Assembly: GCF_009914755.1 (NCBI RefSeq)
Contig: NC_060938.1
Source of the DNA: the human T2T-CHM13v2.0 reference genome, Homo sapiens
Length of the DNA: 64,000 bases
Reading direction: 5' to 3' (one strand)
Below the pieces are notes generated by a model. That model saw only the letters and a list, made by a program, of their open reading frames with translations. It was not told the DNA's origin and made no database searches. Each line of letters opens with the position of its first letter. Within the stretch, counting starts at the first letter, position 1. Position numbers and translations under genes: made by a program. This document shows positions 13,236 to 28,430 of the stretch, one piece after another.

Positions 13236-14787
13236 TTCAGAGAATTTTATCTGAAACTTACCCTGTTGTTTCCTAGCTTAGACACTGTAGCCCAAACTGG
13301 GAACAACATGTGAAAAGTACTATTCAAAAATTAGATAAAGGCAGATTCCAAGGGTCTGGGCAATCCTGAGTGAAATATTAAAAGGATAAATTGCACTCTT
13401 CAATTTCTGAACTATCCCCTTCTTTCTTCCTGGCTTTTAATACTGCTGACTTCCTAAAAACAAGATGAATGTGTAGGGTGCATGGTATGAGCGTGTGATC
13501 TCATTGTGGAATTTCTATATCTAGCCCATTGCTATCTTTTATAAAATGGCCTCTGTAAGGCTCTGCTTAGCGAGTGGACAAGAGTGTCATCTGGAGCTCC
13601 TTCATTTCTGGCCCCTGAAGCTCAGAGGGATGTTTTTCACTTACCCTTCTAAACTGCAGCGCTGAGATAGCTAAACACCAGCACCAAATTTTTTATGCTC
13701 AGCAAGTTAGTAAAATGAGTTTTCTTAAGTCCAAATCAGAGCTGAGAGAGGTTGGAAAAATGTGTCTGGAAGAGTAACTTGCCTGCTTAAAACTCACTAA
13801 AATAACTGTTCACCCCAATCTTGTACAAATTAAAAAACTGTGTAATTAAACACCCTGGGAAAATGTCAAGTTGTCCAGGTAGAAGAAAAATTGTAATGAT
13901 AATGAAAGTTATATTGTATCTAGAAACCATACTTGAAGACTGCACAGTTAACACTCTGTTTCCTATTATGCTAAAAGGTGGCAAAATTATCATAATTTCA
14001 AAACAACATAATTTACTGCCCACTTTGTCTTCAGCATAGTATGAGCCAGAAGGGAGTGAAACAGGGCAGTTTGGGGGCACCTTCATGACCTAAATCTCCA
14101 TTTTGAATACTTGGCATATTACTTCCAGCAATCTGCATATTTAGAATGGGATGAATTTGTGTGTGTGTTGGAGGTGGTAGTGGTGTTGGAGGAGGTGGTG
14201 GTTATATATTTTTCTTACTTAGCAGAAACTAATTCAGAAGAGGTCCGATAATTTCTACTGTTGCATTTTCAGAAAATAGATGATGAAACTGAAAACAGAA
14301 CCCAGGAATAAATTCAGATTTCTAAGCCTATATTTGTCCCATGGCCCTTTTGGGATTCCCCTTATCTTTTTTTTTGTTGTTGTTAATGATGGTGAAAAAA
14401 ACAGACATATTTCTACCCACAGCAGGAAGCAGTACCTGGATAACTTTTCCCTGGACCCTGACTGGAACTGATTTTTGTTAGTATCACAGTGAGCTGCTGT
14501 AAGATAAATTGATAGAGCCTTCAAATCTTTCTGCTCCCGAGCACAAACCCCATCATTCTAACCAGGTCCTCATTGATCTCTGATCCAACACGCTCATTCC
14601 AAGCTGGAGGTCTTTGTAGAATGTTCTTCCCTCTCTTCTCTGCTTATCCAAACCTTGCCTTATTTTAGGTCCACCTAGATCTCACATCATTTAAGGAAGC
14701 TTTCCCTATTCTCCTCAGCTCATGTTAACTGTGCCCCTCTCTAGATTCCCCTAGCATTTACTGTCTGAATCATTCTTTTTAGAACTT

Positions 14788-15121
14788 AGTACTCCACCAC
14801 GTGTTAGGGAGTTTTATTGACCTGTCTGTCTCCCCCGACCAGACTATGAATAATCTAAGTGTAAAGCTTGTGTTTACTATAGTTGTAGTAGACGCTCAAT
14901 AAATGTTGAATAAATTGAACAAATGAATGAAAGTAAGAAGATGCTGTATGTCAATTGTAAGGCAAGAACTGTGGTTTAGTGGCCCTGGAAATAGAGTCAT
15001 AGAATTTTCTATGAAGGTGGTACATACACACCATAGAATACTATGCAGCCATAAAAGGAACACGACCACATCCTTTGCAGGGACATGGATGGAGCTGGAG
15101 GCCATGATCCATAGCAAACTA
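14788..15121 (+). repeat. Local duplication pair A, copy 2, embedded in a second L2 fragment
   Basis: Same order of L2 tail, unique segment and first ~105 bp of the L1PA; L2-like sequence on both flanks (14590-14787, 15122-15250). Confidence 0.95.
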
Positions 15122-15300
15122 TTCCATTCTCCTTTTCTCTTTACTGAATTTTGAGATCCAGAAGAACAAGGTCCATGTCTTATTTTGGAGGGGTTGTCAT
15201 TTCCTAGGTTCCAGCTAGGCATTAAATAGGCAAGATAAATATTTGTTCAAGAAGCCAAAAAGTCATCTAATTCTTGGTGGTACTCCAAGGTTTGATGAAG

Positions 15301-15795
15301 AGCATGATAGCATGAGGGAAAGCACGTGGATTTTGAGTCAGACAGAATTTTCTAGTTTCCCTTGGCCCCAGTTATGTTTTTTGTTTTCTGCTCTTTTTTC
15401 TTGTAAATAGGAATAAGAATACCTACTTTGCCACGTTATCAGGGTTAAAAATAATAAATGTGAAGTCCCAAATACAGTGCCTTCTATATAGCAGGCTCTC
15501 AATAAACAGAAGTTGCTATTTAACTAAGGGTGAGCATTTTTGAAGAATATTTATTATCATGAGGTCTAGTTAGACCCATGGAGTAGGGATTGAGGACACT
15601 GGGTTTGGAGTCTGAAAGACCTGGGCTTGAATCCTGGCTGTGCTACTTATCAACTGCCACTTTGAACAGAGACCTCTTTACGTCTTTTCTCATCTACAAA
15701 ATAGAGATAACTATTGTACCTACTTCAGAGTCATTGTGAAGATTAAATAAGGTGTCTGGAACATCACAAGTACTCAATAATTATTAGCTATAATT
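15301..15795 (+). mobile_element. Two MIR SINEs (~15301-15520, ~15575-15795)
   Basis: MIR heads 'gattttgagtcagacag', 'ttggagtctgaaagacctgggcttgaatcctggctgtgctactta' and tails 'ctcaataa'. Confidence 0.8.
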
Positions 15796-16732
15796 TGTAA
15801 AGTACAATAAGCTTCAGGGAAAAAAGAAATCTATGTAATTCTAACTCCAAATTATTCAACTGGCAGATAGGCCTGAGAGAGCATTTGCAGTTTTAAGGAG
15901 GTTTTAAAACTACTTTCACTTTTAAAATGTACCACATGCCTAATGATCTGATATTTAGTCGATTCACACAATTTCTGATTTTTTTATATGCCTTTAGAAC
16001 TGCAACCACCACTATTACAAGTGTATTATATTTATCTGCATGAGATAGTGAATTCTCCCTCTTTATAATCTTATTCTGATGTACTGTGACTGGATGAAGT
16101 TGAAAGGGAGCATGATTAAAATATCAAGCCCTGCACTAGCCAAACTTCCCTATTCTTTGAGATCCTAAACCACACTTATTTTCTTCAATAACATAAATTG
16201 CAAATTGATAATCTCAACTTCTTATGTATGTTTGTGGATGAGATTAGAAACGCATTTTATAAGTGACTGAAAAATAATGATTGAAAGATAAGGTTTTCCT
16301 TGGCTTGAAATGTTGCATATAGGGATTATGCCATGTCAGAAGAAGGTCTAGCCAGAGAGGACACCCTGGTGTACAGGTGACTGAGGGACCAAGAGATGAA
16401 GCAGCACAGCCCAGAGGAGACCAGAAATCAACACAAAACAGGAGTGGGAGAGCACTGGGCAGAGATAGGCTGCTGGGCCAAGACAGGAAATGGCAGAATG
16501 GACATATTGGGTGCTGGTTCTTGAAAGATCAAACAAAGCAAGCACACTCCATTTCCATTCCTGATGCTTGAGAACAGAAGCAGCTTCTGGCCTGTGATCA
16601 TCTCCCTGTGCTCTCTCTTTGGCTCTCCTGTTACCCGACCTGCTTCTCCCCTTCACTCACTGCTCCATGCCTTACCCAATTAGAAAGTTGGAGCACTGGG
16701 GATGTTTACCATCAGAGTCACAGGACAGTGAA

Positions 16733-17075
16733 TAGTCATCCCTCCATATCCTTGGGGGATTGGTTCCAGGCTCTCCCCTCTCTCCTGCAACTGCAGATCC
16801 ACCGGTGCTCAAGTTCCTGATATAAAATGGTATAGCATTTACGTGTAACCTACACACATCTTCCTCATATATTTTCAATCATCACTAGATTACTCATAAT
16901 ACTTAATAAAGCATAAATGTTATGTAAGTAGTTCTTAAACTACATTGTTTAGGAAATAATGACAAGGAAAAAAGTCTACATGTTCAGTATAGATGCAATT
17001 TTTTTTCCAAACATTTTTCATCTGTAGTAAGTTGAATCCACAGATGCAGAATCCATGCATATGGAGATCTCACTG
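16733..17075. mobile_element. MER2 (TcMar-Tigger MITE), full length
   Basis: Ends 'agtcatccctccatatccttgggggattggttccagg' and 'gcagaatccatgcatatggagatctcactg' followed by TA. Confidence 0.9.
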
Positions 17076-17428
17076 TATTTGAGCTAAAAAAACAGATATG
17101 TGCCTATTTCTAAGAGTACAATCTATGATATTCTCCAGTCTCTGAATGCTACTTTTAATATGAAGATCACTTTATGAATTATATAACAATAAATATTCTT
17201 TAACAACTTGAGGTATAATTGACATACTATAAAATTTATCCATCTTACATGTATAATTTAATGACTTTTTAGTACCCTTTTAGAGTTGTGTAATGATCAC
17301 CACAATCCAGTTTGAGAACATTTCCAACATTCCCAAAATAACTCTCATGCCTGTTTCAATCAATCCCCATTCCAATCCCCAGCCAACCATTAATGTACTT
17401 TCTGTCTCTATAGATTTTAAATTTAAAT

Positions 17429-18089
<661 letters not shown>

Positions 18090-18678
18090 ACATCTCCCTT
18101 TTTCACTTGGCATAACGGTTTTGAAGTTCATCCACGTTGTTGCACATATCAATAGTTTGTTCCTTTTTACTGCTGAACAGTCCATGCACCAATTGAAGGA
18201 CATTTGTTTCCAACTGCTATTATGAATAATGCTGCTATGAACATTCACATACATGTCTTGGTGCCAATGTATGTTTCATTTCTGTTGGGTAATTCCTAAG
18301 AGCAGAATTCCTAGGTAATATTGTAGGTCTAACTTTTTAAGAAACTACCAAATTGTCTTCTAAAATAAAATATATTTTACATTCCTACCAGCAGTGTATG
18401 GGGGTTCCAGTTGTTCCACATCCTTGTCAACACTTCTTATTGTCTGTCTCTTTAATTATACTCATTAAATGGGAACATAAGCATTCTACGGTGACTAGAG
18501 TCTACTTTTCAATTTGTAACAGACCCTTTGATGTCTTTAGAAGCAGAAAGGGATGCTTAGTTTCTTGTGTTAGTTAAATAATTATAATAAATAAAAAAGA
18601 AACCTGGCACTTGATATGGGCAGGCACCCAGGCTCCGTGCTGACTAGCAGTTTTCTTTCAGCCAGCTGGCCAGTTGCT

Positions 18679-18930
18679 ACTAGTTAGTGATATGTAACCT
18701 GGTAAAGCCACATAATTGCTTCAAGCCTCAGTTTTTTTCATCTATAAAATAAGAACACTGGATTAAATTATCTATATGTTTCCTTCCAGCTCTAAAACAA
18801 GGAGTCAATTCTGATTATTCTTCTCCCAGAGGCTACTGGTTGTTAAGCTGCTGTTGCTGCTTTCTTTTTTTCAAATGAGACAGGGCCTTGCTATGTTGCT
18901 TAGGCTGGTCTCGAACTCCTGAGCTCAAAC
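18679..18930 (+). repeat. Local duplication pair B, truncated copy (partner 23693-23947)
   Basis: Partial MIR3 + unique segment + part of an Alu monomer, ~85% identical to 23693-23947. Confidence 0.9.
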
Positions 18931-19109
18931 TTCTCCTCTGCTCCAGCATATTGAAGTAGATTCCTTTAGTTATCTAAGCCTCTCATGGCCTATGATATTA
19001 TTTCAAAGAAAAACCAGCAAAATCAAGAAAGCCTTTATTCTTTATTTTCTTCTCAAAATGATGGGATTGGCTACTAAGTTATATTTGCAGAGGAAAAGAG
19101 AGGAAAGCA

Positions 19110-19320
19110 AAGAACCCAACATTTGTTGACTGCCCATATACTAGATATGAAATAAACATTTTCATAGTTTTAATATCATAAAACTCATAATCCCTGAGAT
19201 AGTTCTATAATCGTCATTTTACAGGTAAAGAAGCACAGGCACAGAGTGTAGGCAAATTGCATAATGTTACACAGATAGTGAGTGAAGCTGGGATTCAAGC
19301 CCATGTCATCTAGTTCGAAG
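19110..19320 (-). mobile_element. MIR SINE
   Basis: 'cattttacaggtaaagaagcacaggcacagag...gaagctgggattcaagccc'. Confidence 0.75.
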
Positions 19321-19338
19321 TTGGATTTTATTTCATTA

Positions 19339-19716
<378 letters not shown>

Positions 19717-20860
19717 TCAACTAATGAGAAAATGTAACAATGGGATTTTACAATGGCCAATTATTACACCTAAATTATACAGCCAACAATTATCTTGTAG
19801 TACAAGGCTTCCACTCATTTCCACACTCTGCTGCCATATGTATATGCATACTTCAAACCCTGAGGACCAAGAGTCAAATTGGCAGTTTCAGAAGGAATGT
19901 AGAGGAGTGGGATTCCTGCTTATTGAAAAGGCATTTTAATTTTCTCCCACCAAGAAAGGATTGCTCATTCTGAGTACTTGCCCAGATAGTGCAGAGAAAA
20001 TCCACAGAGACAGTTTTGCTACCCAAGGTGAGAAACTGAGAAGTTCCAGAATTAAACTGGTACATTTTTTGAGTAATAGTTCTGCTTCTCTTGGGTAAGA
20101 CGAATCTTTACTGATGTCATTGCCACCCACCACCACCTGGTATCTCTGCATGGTGGAAGCCAGAGCAATATATAGAAGGAACGGAGCACTTACAAGAAGT
20201 TACAGGGCACTTGGAGGAATTCTCTCAAAGAAACACATTCACAGATTCCACAGTGAATGCCTCCTTAATCTCTGTCTTTAGGAACATTTGATTTATGTGT
20301 CTCACACTCCATTTTTTTTGGTAAATGTTTATATGGTCATCGAAAGAGGAAAAAGTAATACTTTTTATCTTTAGAATGTCTACTTTCATTAGTTCTGTTC
20401 CTTCTAGAATCAAGCTAAGGAAGCTAAGGGTTGTTCATGCTTAGGTAGAGAAGGTGGTAAAAGGGACAGAGAATGGGAGGTGCAAATACGAATAATATGC
20501 TGTGAAATCACTTTTTCTCTTTACCATTGTCAGCACAGCTTCTGGTAATTGGGGATTATTTGAATTTTTAACAACTCAAATAAGACTCAAGTAAGATTTT
20601 AAGTCTTCAAATTTTAGGGCTTTAAATGCAATCCTAACTCTGGCAGTAGATTTTACTCAGCTCGTATCATGTATTTAATATCAGTTATCTTTGAATGGGA
20701 ATAAAAATACTAGTTAACACCACAGGGTCTAAGAGTGAGAGTGAAAATTAGCAAAAGTGACTACATGGTGTTTTGTCACAACAAATTCTGATTGGTGTCC
20801 CTAAGAAAAGCAGTAATAACATTAGCATAGATCGATGTTCTTCCCAAACTATGCTCCAAG

Positions 20861-21225
20861 TGATATGATTTGGCTGTGTCCCCACCCAAATCTCATCTTG
20901 AATTGTAGTTCCCATAATCTCCACATGTGGAGGGAGGGACCTGGTGGGAGGAAATAGAATCACAGAGGTGGTTTCCCTCACACTATTCTTGTGCTAGTGA
21001 GTTCTCAAGAGATCTGATGGTTTTATCCCCCTTTGCTTGGTTCTCATTCTTCTCCTTTCTGCCACCCTGTGAAGAAGGATGTGTTTGCTTCCCCTTCTGC
21101 CATGATTCTAAGTTTCCTGAGGCCTCCCCAGCCATGCTGAACTTTGAGTTAATTAGACCTCTTTCCTTTATAAATTACCCAGTCTTGGGAACATCCTTAT
21201 AGCAGCGTGAGAATGAAGTAATACA
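20861..21225 (+). mobile_element. THE1 (THE1C/D-like) MaLR solo LTR
   Basis: Starts 'tgatatgatttggctgtgtccccacccaaatctcatcttgaattgtagttccc', ends 'agcagcgtgagaatgaagtaataca'. Confidence 0.9.
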
Positions 21226-21759
21226 CAAGAGATATTAATTAAGGTGATCTGCTGGGGACAGAACACAACTCCATAATAAAATACGCTTAGGAAACACGAG
21301 TAAAATTTCTTTGTGGAACTCCAAAGAGTCTTTAATACAGTATATTCAATGTGCATTATGAGCCTCCAAAAGAGAGATGCTGTGTGTTGTACCACTTGAG
21401 CTGCTTGAAAAGAAAAACTTAATCTCAGAAATCTTTTTTAAAACATTTTGGGGAAAGATGGCCCAGAAAAGGCATAGTTCCTTTAGAAGGATGGTTTCCT
21501 GGCTATCTGCAGTTCTCTCCATCTCACCCCTCTCCATCTCACACCCATCCTGTCTTTCTAAGATCTCCAAAAAGAATGTGGTCTGATAAATCCATAGAGG
21601 ATGGAAATATATTGAAAGAAGAATGTCCATGGCCCTTTCTTTCTACATCTGAATTGTCTTAGAGAAGCCTAGAGGGCCAGCCTGATTGAGACACTGGTTA
21701 ATGGCAGTTTCAGGTAAAAGGGGAATTCTTCTTTAAAAAACAAAACTAACTTGCACAAT

Positions 21760-22105
21760 AACTAAAGGGAAGGCATGGAACTTGTTTGGACCTGAATTCG
21801 AACAAGCCAACTGTAAGATGACATTTTGGGGACACGGAAATTTTAAATGCTAAGAAATTATTATTAAATTTGTTAGGTGTGATTATGGTATCTGGTTATA
21901 TAACAAAATGGCATTTTTAAGAGGCAAACTCATGCATTTCGTGTAAAATATCAAGATGTCTAGAATTTGCTTTAAAATATCTAAAAAAATAGATGTAGCA
22001 AATAAAGCAAATGTTAATAACTGTTCAATCTAATGGGATATGTGAGGATTTTTTTTAACAAGTCTTTTTATAGTTTCAAATTTTACATGATGAAAAGTTT
22101 TTTAA
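21760..22105 (+). mobile_element. L1MC-type 3' end fragment
   Basis: 'gacattttggggacac...ttgttaggtgtgattatggtat...atgtctagaatttgctttaaaata'. Confidence 0.6.
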
Positions 22106-22230
22106 ATACAGATTTCTTAGCCCCAAATCTACCAAATCAAACTCTCTGGAGATTAAGCCTAGGAGTTTGTTATTATTTACCTCCTCTTTTTTTTTTTTAT
22201 TTTTTAAAATCATATTATCAGGGTTTTTTT

Positions 22231-22534
22231 GGCTGGGTGCGGTAGCTCATGCCTGTAGTCCCAGCACTTTGGGAGGCCCAGGTGGGCAAATCTCTTGAGC
22301 CCAGGAGTTCAAGACCAGCCTGGGCAGCATGGTGAAACCCTGTCTCTACAAAAAATGCAAAAATTAGTTGGGCATGGTGACTCATGCCTATGGTCCCAGC
22401 TCTTGAAAGGCTGAGAAACGAGGATCACCTGAGCCCAGGAGGTGGAGACTGCAGTGAGCTAAGATCATGCCACTGCACTCCAGCTTGAGCAACAGAACAA
22501 GACCCTGTCAAAAAAAAAAAAAAAAAAAAAAAAA
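22231..22534 (+). mobile_element. Alu (AluJb-like)
   Basis: Full dimer from 'ggctgggtgcggtagctcatgcc' to poly(A). Confidence 0.9.
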
Positions 22535-23624
22535 GGAAATAATTATATGTCATAGTTTAAGGTAACCATAAAATTGTAATAAAAAGCAGTGTTTTGTTTT
22601 AGAAACAAGATATTTTCAAGAAAAGAATACAAATAATAACTCTAATCAATTTCTAACATGTATACCCAAATATAAGTTCCTTAGAGTGGAACTGTTTGTG
22701 ATTAGCATAATAAAGTTACGTACAATACTTCACATACTAAATTACTATCAAATTTCAGCAGTGACAATTTGATGTATCTTTTAAATAATGCAGCGATTAA
22801 CACAGAAATTCAGTACATGCAGAATCCATGCTATTAATCCATTTCTTCGGTACTTTCAAAAATCTGAATCATATTTTTAAAATGTGATGGCAGGTTTACA
22901 GAACATGCCTGTGCATCATGCATGTAGTTCAGACAGTCTGCAAAAAGCAGATCAACGACATGATTAGCCATGTCCTAAGATACAACGTCCACAAATATGG
23001 ATTTGTGAACTATCTTTTTTCTACATTGAAATGACTATATAACTACATCTTCATACACTGAAGTGTATATAATTGTTTTTTTAAGTGCTTGTCTGTTATC
23101 ACCTAAAATCATGTGGCATACAATAAGTAGTACTCTTATTACACGTTGGGAGATAGTAACCTAATTTAAGACCAGCAAGAATACATCAGATTCTTTGCTA
23201 ATAGGGAAGGAAGGAAAAAATTATTCCTCAAGGGAAAGAACTTTGCCATATTTGTATGACTTGTACCTAGCACAGTGTCTAAAATAGGCATGCAATACAT
23301 GTCTGCGTGAATTAATGAATGAATGCTTATCCTCTCTCCGAATTATCTCTATCCCCTATTCCCAAAACCAATTATTTGTTAAGATGAAGGCTTTGATGAA
23401 AGCTCTTAGTCCATGAAAATTAAATTGCTGAGTCTGACCCCTTTGTAGGAAATGTAAAATCATGAAATTCAAGTACTCTTGGGAAATCCAAACAAATTTT
23501 CATTTACCAATGTCTATAAAAAAGGAAAAAAAAAAGATAAATTTACTAAAATACATAAATGTTAGCTTTTGACATTTTTTAAAACACTGGAAAAGGAAAT
23601 AGAAAATTCCCTCTCACAAATTTG

Positions 23625-23978
23625 GAGGCAGCCTAGTTAGTATAACTTCGAGAATGCAGTCAGAAAGGCCAGGCTTGAACTCTGGCCCTGCCACTAGTTA
23701 GTGATATGTACCCTGGTAAAGCCACATAACTGCTTCAAGCTTCAGTTTTTTCATCTATAAAATGAAAACGTTAGATTAAATTATCTATATATTTTTTCCA
23801 GGTCTAAAATAGAGTCAATTTTCTGGTTATTCTTCTACCAGAGGCTACTGACCGGTGCTTGGTTGTTAAGCTGCTGCTTTTTTTCTTTTTTTCAAATGAG
23901 ACAGGGTCTCAGTATATTGCCCAGGCTGGTCCCGAACTCCTGGGCTCCAGTGGTCCTCCTGCCTCAGCCTCCCGAGTA
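23625..23978. mobile_element. MIR3-like SINE (+) then FLAM/FAM Alu monomer (-); 23693-23947 is the longer copy of duplication pair B
   Basis: MIR head 'cagtcagaaaggccaggcttgaactctggccctgccactag'; monomer 'gagacagggtctcagtatattgcccaggctggtcccgaactcctgggctc...cctcagcctcccgagta'. Confidence 0.8.
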
Positions 23979-24015
23979 AGGCTTCAACTTCTTTACCAGT
24001 ATTAAGCAGGCAGAG

Positions 24016-24322
24016 ACCTGGTACTGTGGTTCACACCTGTAATTCCAGCACTTTGGGAGGCTGAGGTACAGAGGTCAGTTGAGGCCAGGAGTTTGAGAAC
24101 AGCCTGGGAAACACAGTGAGACTCCATCTTCAATTCAATTCAAATAAATAAATAAGCAAGCAAGCTGGGCATATTAGCGTGTGCCTGTGATCCCAGCCAC
24201 TCTGGAGACTGAGGCAAGAGGATCGTTTGACCTAGGAGTTTAAGTCTGCAGTAAGCTATGATTGTGGCACTGCACTGCACTCCAGCAGGACCCTATCTTT
24301 TTAAAACAAAACAAAACAAAAA
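24016..24322 (+). mobile_element. AluJ
   Basis: Diverged dimer; TSD-like aag(c/g)aggcagag on both sides. Confidence 0.85.
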
Positions 24323-24509
24323 GGAGGCAGAGTCTAGCTGTGTGCTTTTCAGGGACCCAATGCCATTCTGAATTACAGGAGCCCAAGTACTGGCAAACAC
24401 AATCTTCAGCATATCAGTAAAAGCCCTTGGTTATCCAATTTTTTAAAAAGTAGATTTAGAAAATAATTTTAAGTGCTCTCATTTAGTTTAACGTTTTAAG
24501 TAAATTTTA

Positions 24510-24765
24510 CCATAAGGCAGATTATTTAGCTTTTGAGAACACATTCTCTGCAGTCAGACTGGGTTGAAATCTAGCTTTAGAACTCAGGACAAAGGACTTC
24601 TGTGTGTCTCCTATTACCTCATATTTTTAAAAGTGATAAATAAATAATGCCATCTGCTTCACAGATTTGTTGGGAGGTAGAATAAAAAAATACTTGCAAA
24701 GTACTCTCTTAAGTAGAATACCTGACATGTAGTAATCACTCAGTAAAGCAGCTATAATTTATCTT
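24510..24765 (+). mobile_element. MIR SINE
   Basis: 'ctgcagtcagactgggttgaaatctagct...cctgacatgtagtaatcactcagtaaa'. Confidence 0.7.
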
Positions 24766-24897
24766 TTCCATCGAGGCTTTATGTAGAAAAACACTCCTAT
24801 TTTCCTGCTAAAGAACACAATAAAACAATCCCGTAGTGTACACCTAGCTCTTTACTCCGTCCTATATATGCTCACATTTGCAGCATGAGTGAGTTAT

Positions 24898-25300
24898 GCA
24901 GTGGACAGGTCTATACAAACCTACTCCCAAAGTCCGAGAAAGCGGAAGGCAAAGAAAGAGGCTGACAAATTCAGTTTCTTAGGGAGAAACATTTAATAGG
25001 GACTTAGGAGCAGAAGTTGCGTCTGTGTCTTGGGCCTCAGGTGGTGGTGAGACAAGATGGTGGATCCCCGCCCCATTACTCCCCGGAGCCAGGGTTTATA
25101 TAGGGAAAGGGTATGCATGATTCAGATGGGATGTGAAGGACAATTGAGGTTTGATAACATCAAGGTTGTTTTGACCTAAGGGCAGGATTTAAACAAATTA
25201 CAAAAGATAAACTGGAAATCTTAGAGTCCTTCCCAGAAAAGGTTTAGTCATTAGTCAACATGGCAGATTAGCATCCAATGGAGTTGCTTTAGCCTTTGTG
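24898..25300 (-). mobile_element. ERV solo LTR (LTR47/MER72-like)
   Basis: Reverse complement begins 'aggctaaagcaactccattggatgctaatctgccatgttgact' and contains 'aaatcctgcccttaggtcaaaacaaccttgatgttatc'. Confidence 0.75.
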
Positions 25301-25753
25301 AGGAAAGCTGGTGGAGATCACTGCCTGACGGTTGGTCCATATTCCTGCCGTAAAGTTCTATTCCTTTCTGCCAATAACTAAATTGCGTTGGCTGGGCAGC
25401 TGGAGGAAAGGAGCCCTGTGAAATGCTGACTTGTGTTGAAGATGGCTCAGGAAGTCCCTGGACTCCCTAGCCTCCTCCTGTTTTTGTGAGGCAAATGAGA
25501 TAATGCTGGTGGATTAAAAACTATAAAATGCTGTCCAAGTGTTAGTTATCATATGAAAGGTTAAATTTGATGATAAAGTTTAGAGGGGAAAAGGCCAGAA
25601 TGTGGGATGTGACCCCTTAAAGGTCTTCGTTGTTACAAGGTAAGGTGCTTGTTTCCCCGGGGCCACGGAGTTGTTGTTTATAGGTCCCCATTAAGCACTG
25701 TGAGAGGGGTGACGTGAGGGGAGAAGCAGGGAGCCCCTTTCCCAAGAGGGCTA

Positions 25754-26158
<405 letters not shown>

Positions 26159-26378
26159 TCACATTTAAAAAATAAATCTTCATTTTTCTTTAAAATAATT
26201 GGCAGAAAATTCTACCTAAGGAAAGGAAGAAACATTTTGAATAAAAACCATTACATCAAAATCCTTGAAAAATTGATTTTATTCTGTAATTGATTTATGT
26301 GCTCCCATATTTAGTATGTAAATAATGTCAAATATATGTCATTCTTTTATTTTAGGATCACATTGTTGATACACACAG

Positions 26379-26381
<3 letters not shown>

Positions 26382-26421
<40 letters not shown>
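26382..26421. repeat. (CA)20 microsatellite
   Basis: Uninterrupted CA run. Confidence 0.95.
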
Positions 26422-26424
<3 letters not shown>

Positions 26425-26913
26425 TTGGAAGTAAGAAGCATGCTACCACTGGCTAGGAATAGTTGGGGGAGGGGGTAGGAAACTGACCTACAGCAAATGG
26501 CATGTTATCAGCGCAGATACAATTAGCAACATTTTACTGTACCACACATACTTGCAATGCAGTGTATCTAAAAACAAACTTAAAGGAAATGGAGAACAGA
26601 AAAACATTTTCCCCAGTTAATTTCTATAAGTCACAAGAAGGATTTCATTATAAAGTAGGAATTACAAACAGTAGGGGCAAAAAAGTAAGGAATAAAGATT
26701 AAATTCACAAAACAAGTTGGTATCTTTACCTTTTCATGACTGTGATCCATAAATCCAACTAAATCAGTGTTTTCAAGTCCATTCCAATTTAACTCATCTT
26801 CTCTGGATCCCCCTAAAAGATTTTAATGGCTGGCTTGTCTCGAAACTCAGGGACATTTATTTGTGAGTTCTCCAAGATGCTGAGTAAGACGGCAATCTTT
26901 AAGAAATAAAGTC

Positions 26914-27209
26914 TGCCAAGCGTGGTGGCTCACGCCTGTAATACCAGCACTTTGGGAGGCCAAGGTGGAAGGATGGCTTCAGCCCAGGAGTTTGAGACCA
27001 GGACCAGCCTGGACAACACAGTGAACCCTTGTGTCTACAAAAATTTACAAAATTAGTTGAGTGTGGTTGCATAAGCCTGTAGTCGTCACTACTTGGAAGG
27101 CTGAGGTGGGGGGATCACGAGTCCAGGAGTTTGAGGTTGCAGAGAGCTATGATCACACCACTGTATTCCAGCCTGGATGACAGAGCAAGACCTTGTCTTA
27201 AAAAAAAAA
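26914..27209 (+). mobile_element. AluJ
   Basis: Diverged dimer with A-tail. Confidence 0.85.
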
Positions 27210-28076
27210 GTTTGCCAAATTCCTTCCATGGGTAATAAGCTGAGTGAGAGCGGATAGCATAGTGCCAATCCCCAATGCCAGTGCAAACAGTAACTCTGTC
27301 CCTACTACTCCATTGAGACTGGGAGCCTCCAGATGTGGGTGGTTCCGCATTGTTCACATTCCTCCTGGAGACACTTACTGCCGGGCTACTGCTCCGGGAG
27401 CCACAGCTGACAGATGAGCCTCTTGTCCCATGCTAGATTTTACAACCTGGCTCCCGCAATGATAGGGACTGAAGGCAAAGGTGATTCCAGGGGACTGTCA
27501 GTCAGCTCCCCATTTGTGACCCAGATTGTCCAACTTTCTCCTTTATACTGAGTGTATGGCTCAAATGAAGCAATTAGAAACTTGAAGGACAAAAGCTGAG
27601 TTGCAGATGGAATGTAGAGGGGTGTAGCAACCTATCTGAGAACTTTGATCATTCTTTTTTAGTCTGATCAATTTAAGACACAGTAGAGCTTACACTGTTG
27701 GAATGGAAGAGGTGTCATCCAACACTGCCCTATTGACTCCTTCTTGCCAAATGACCTCACATAATTCCTTGTAATTATTTTTAAATGTTCTACCCACTAG
27801 AAATGGGCTAAGAATTTTGTTCCCAGTCCTTCCTGTTCCATATACATATCTAAGTTTGAATCAGTTTGAGCAGGGACATATCTTGGGTTCTTCTCCCGGT
27901 TTTCTGATACATAGTTTGCTGTCCGAAAATCAGCCACTCTCTGCTAAGAAAGTGGACACTTCAAGTGTCAGGATTTTTTTTTTTTATTAAAACTAGGTGT
28001 TCCCATTTTTTGCCACAGGACTTTTCTTTTCCTTTGTTTTTTAAAAAATTATTTACATACTTCTCTGCCGAGTTCA

Positions 28077-28430
<354 letters not shown>

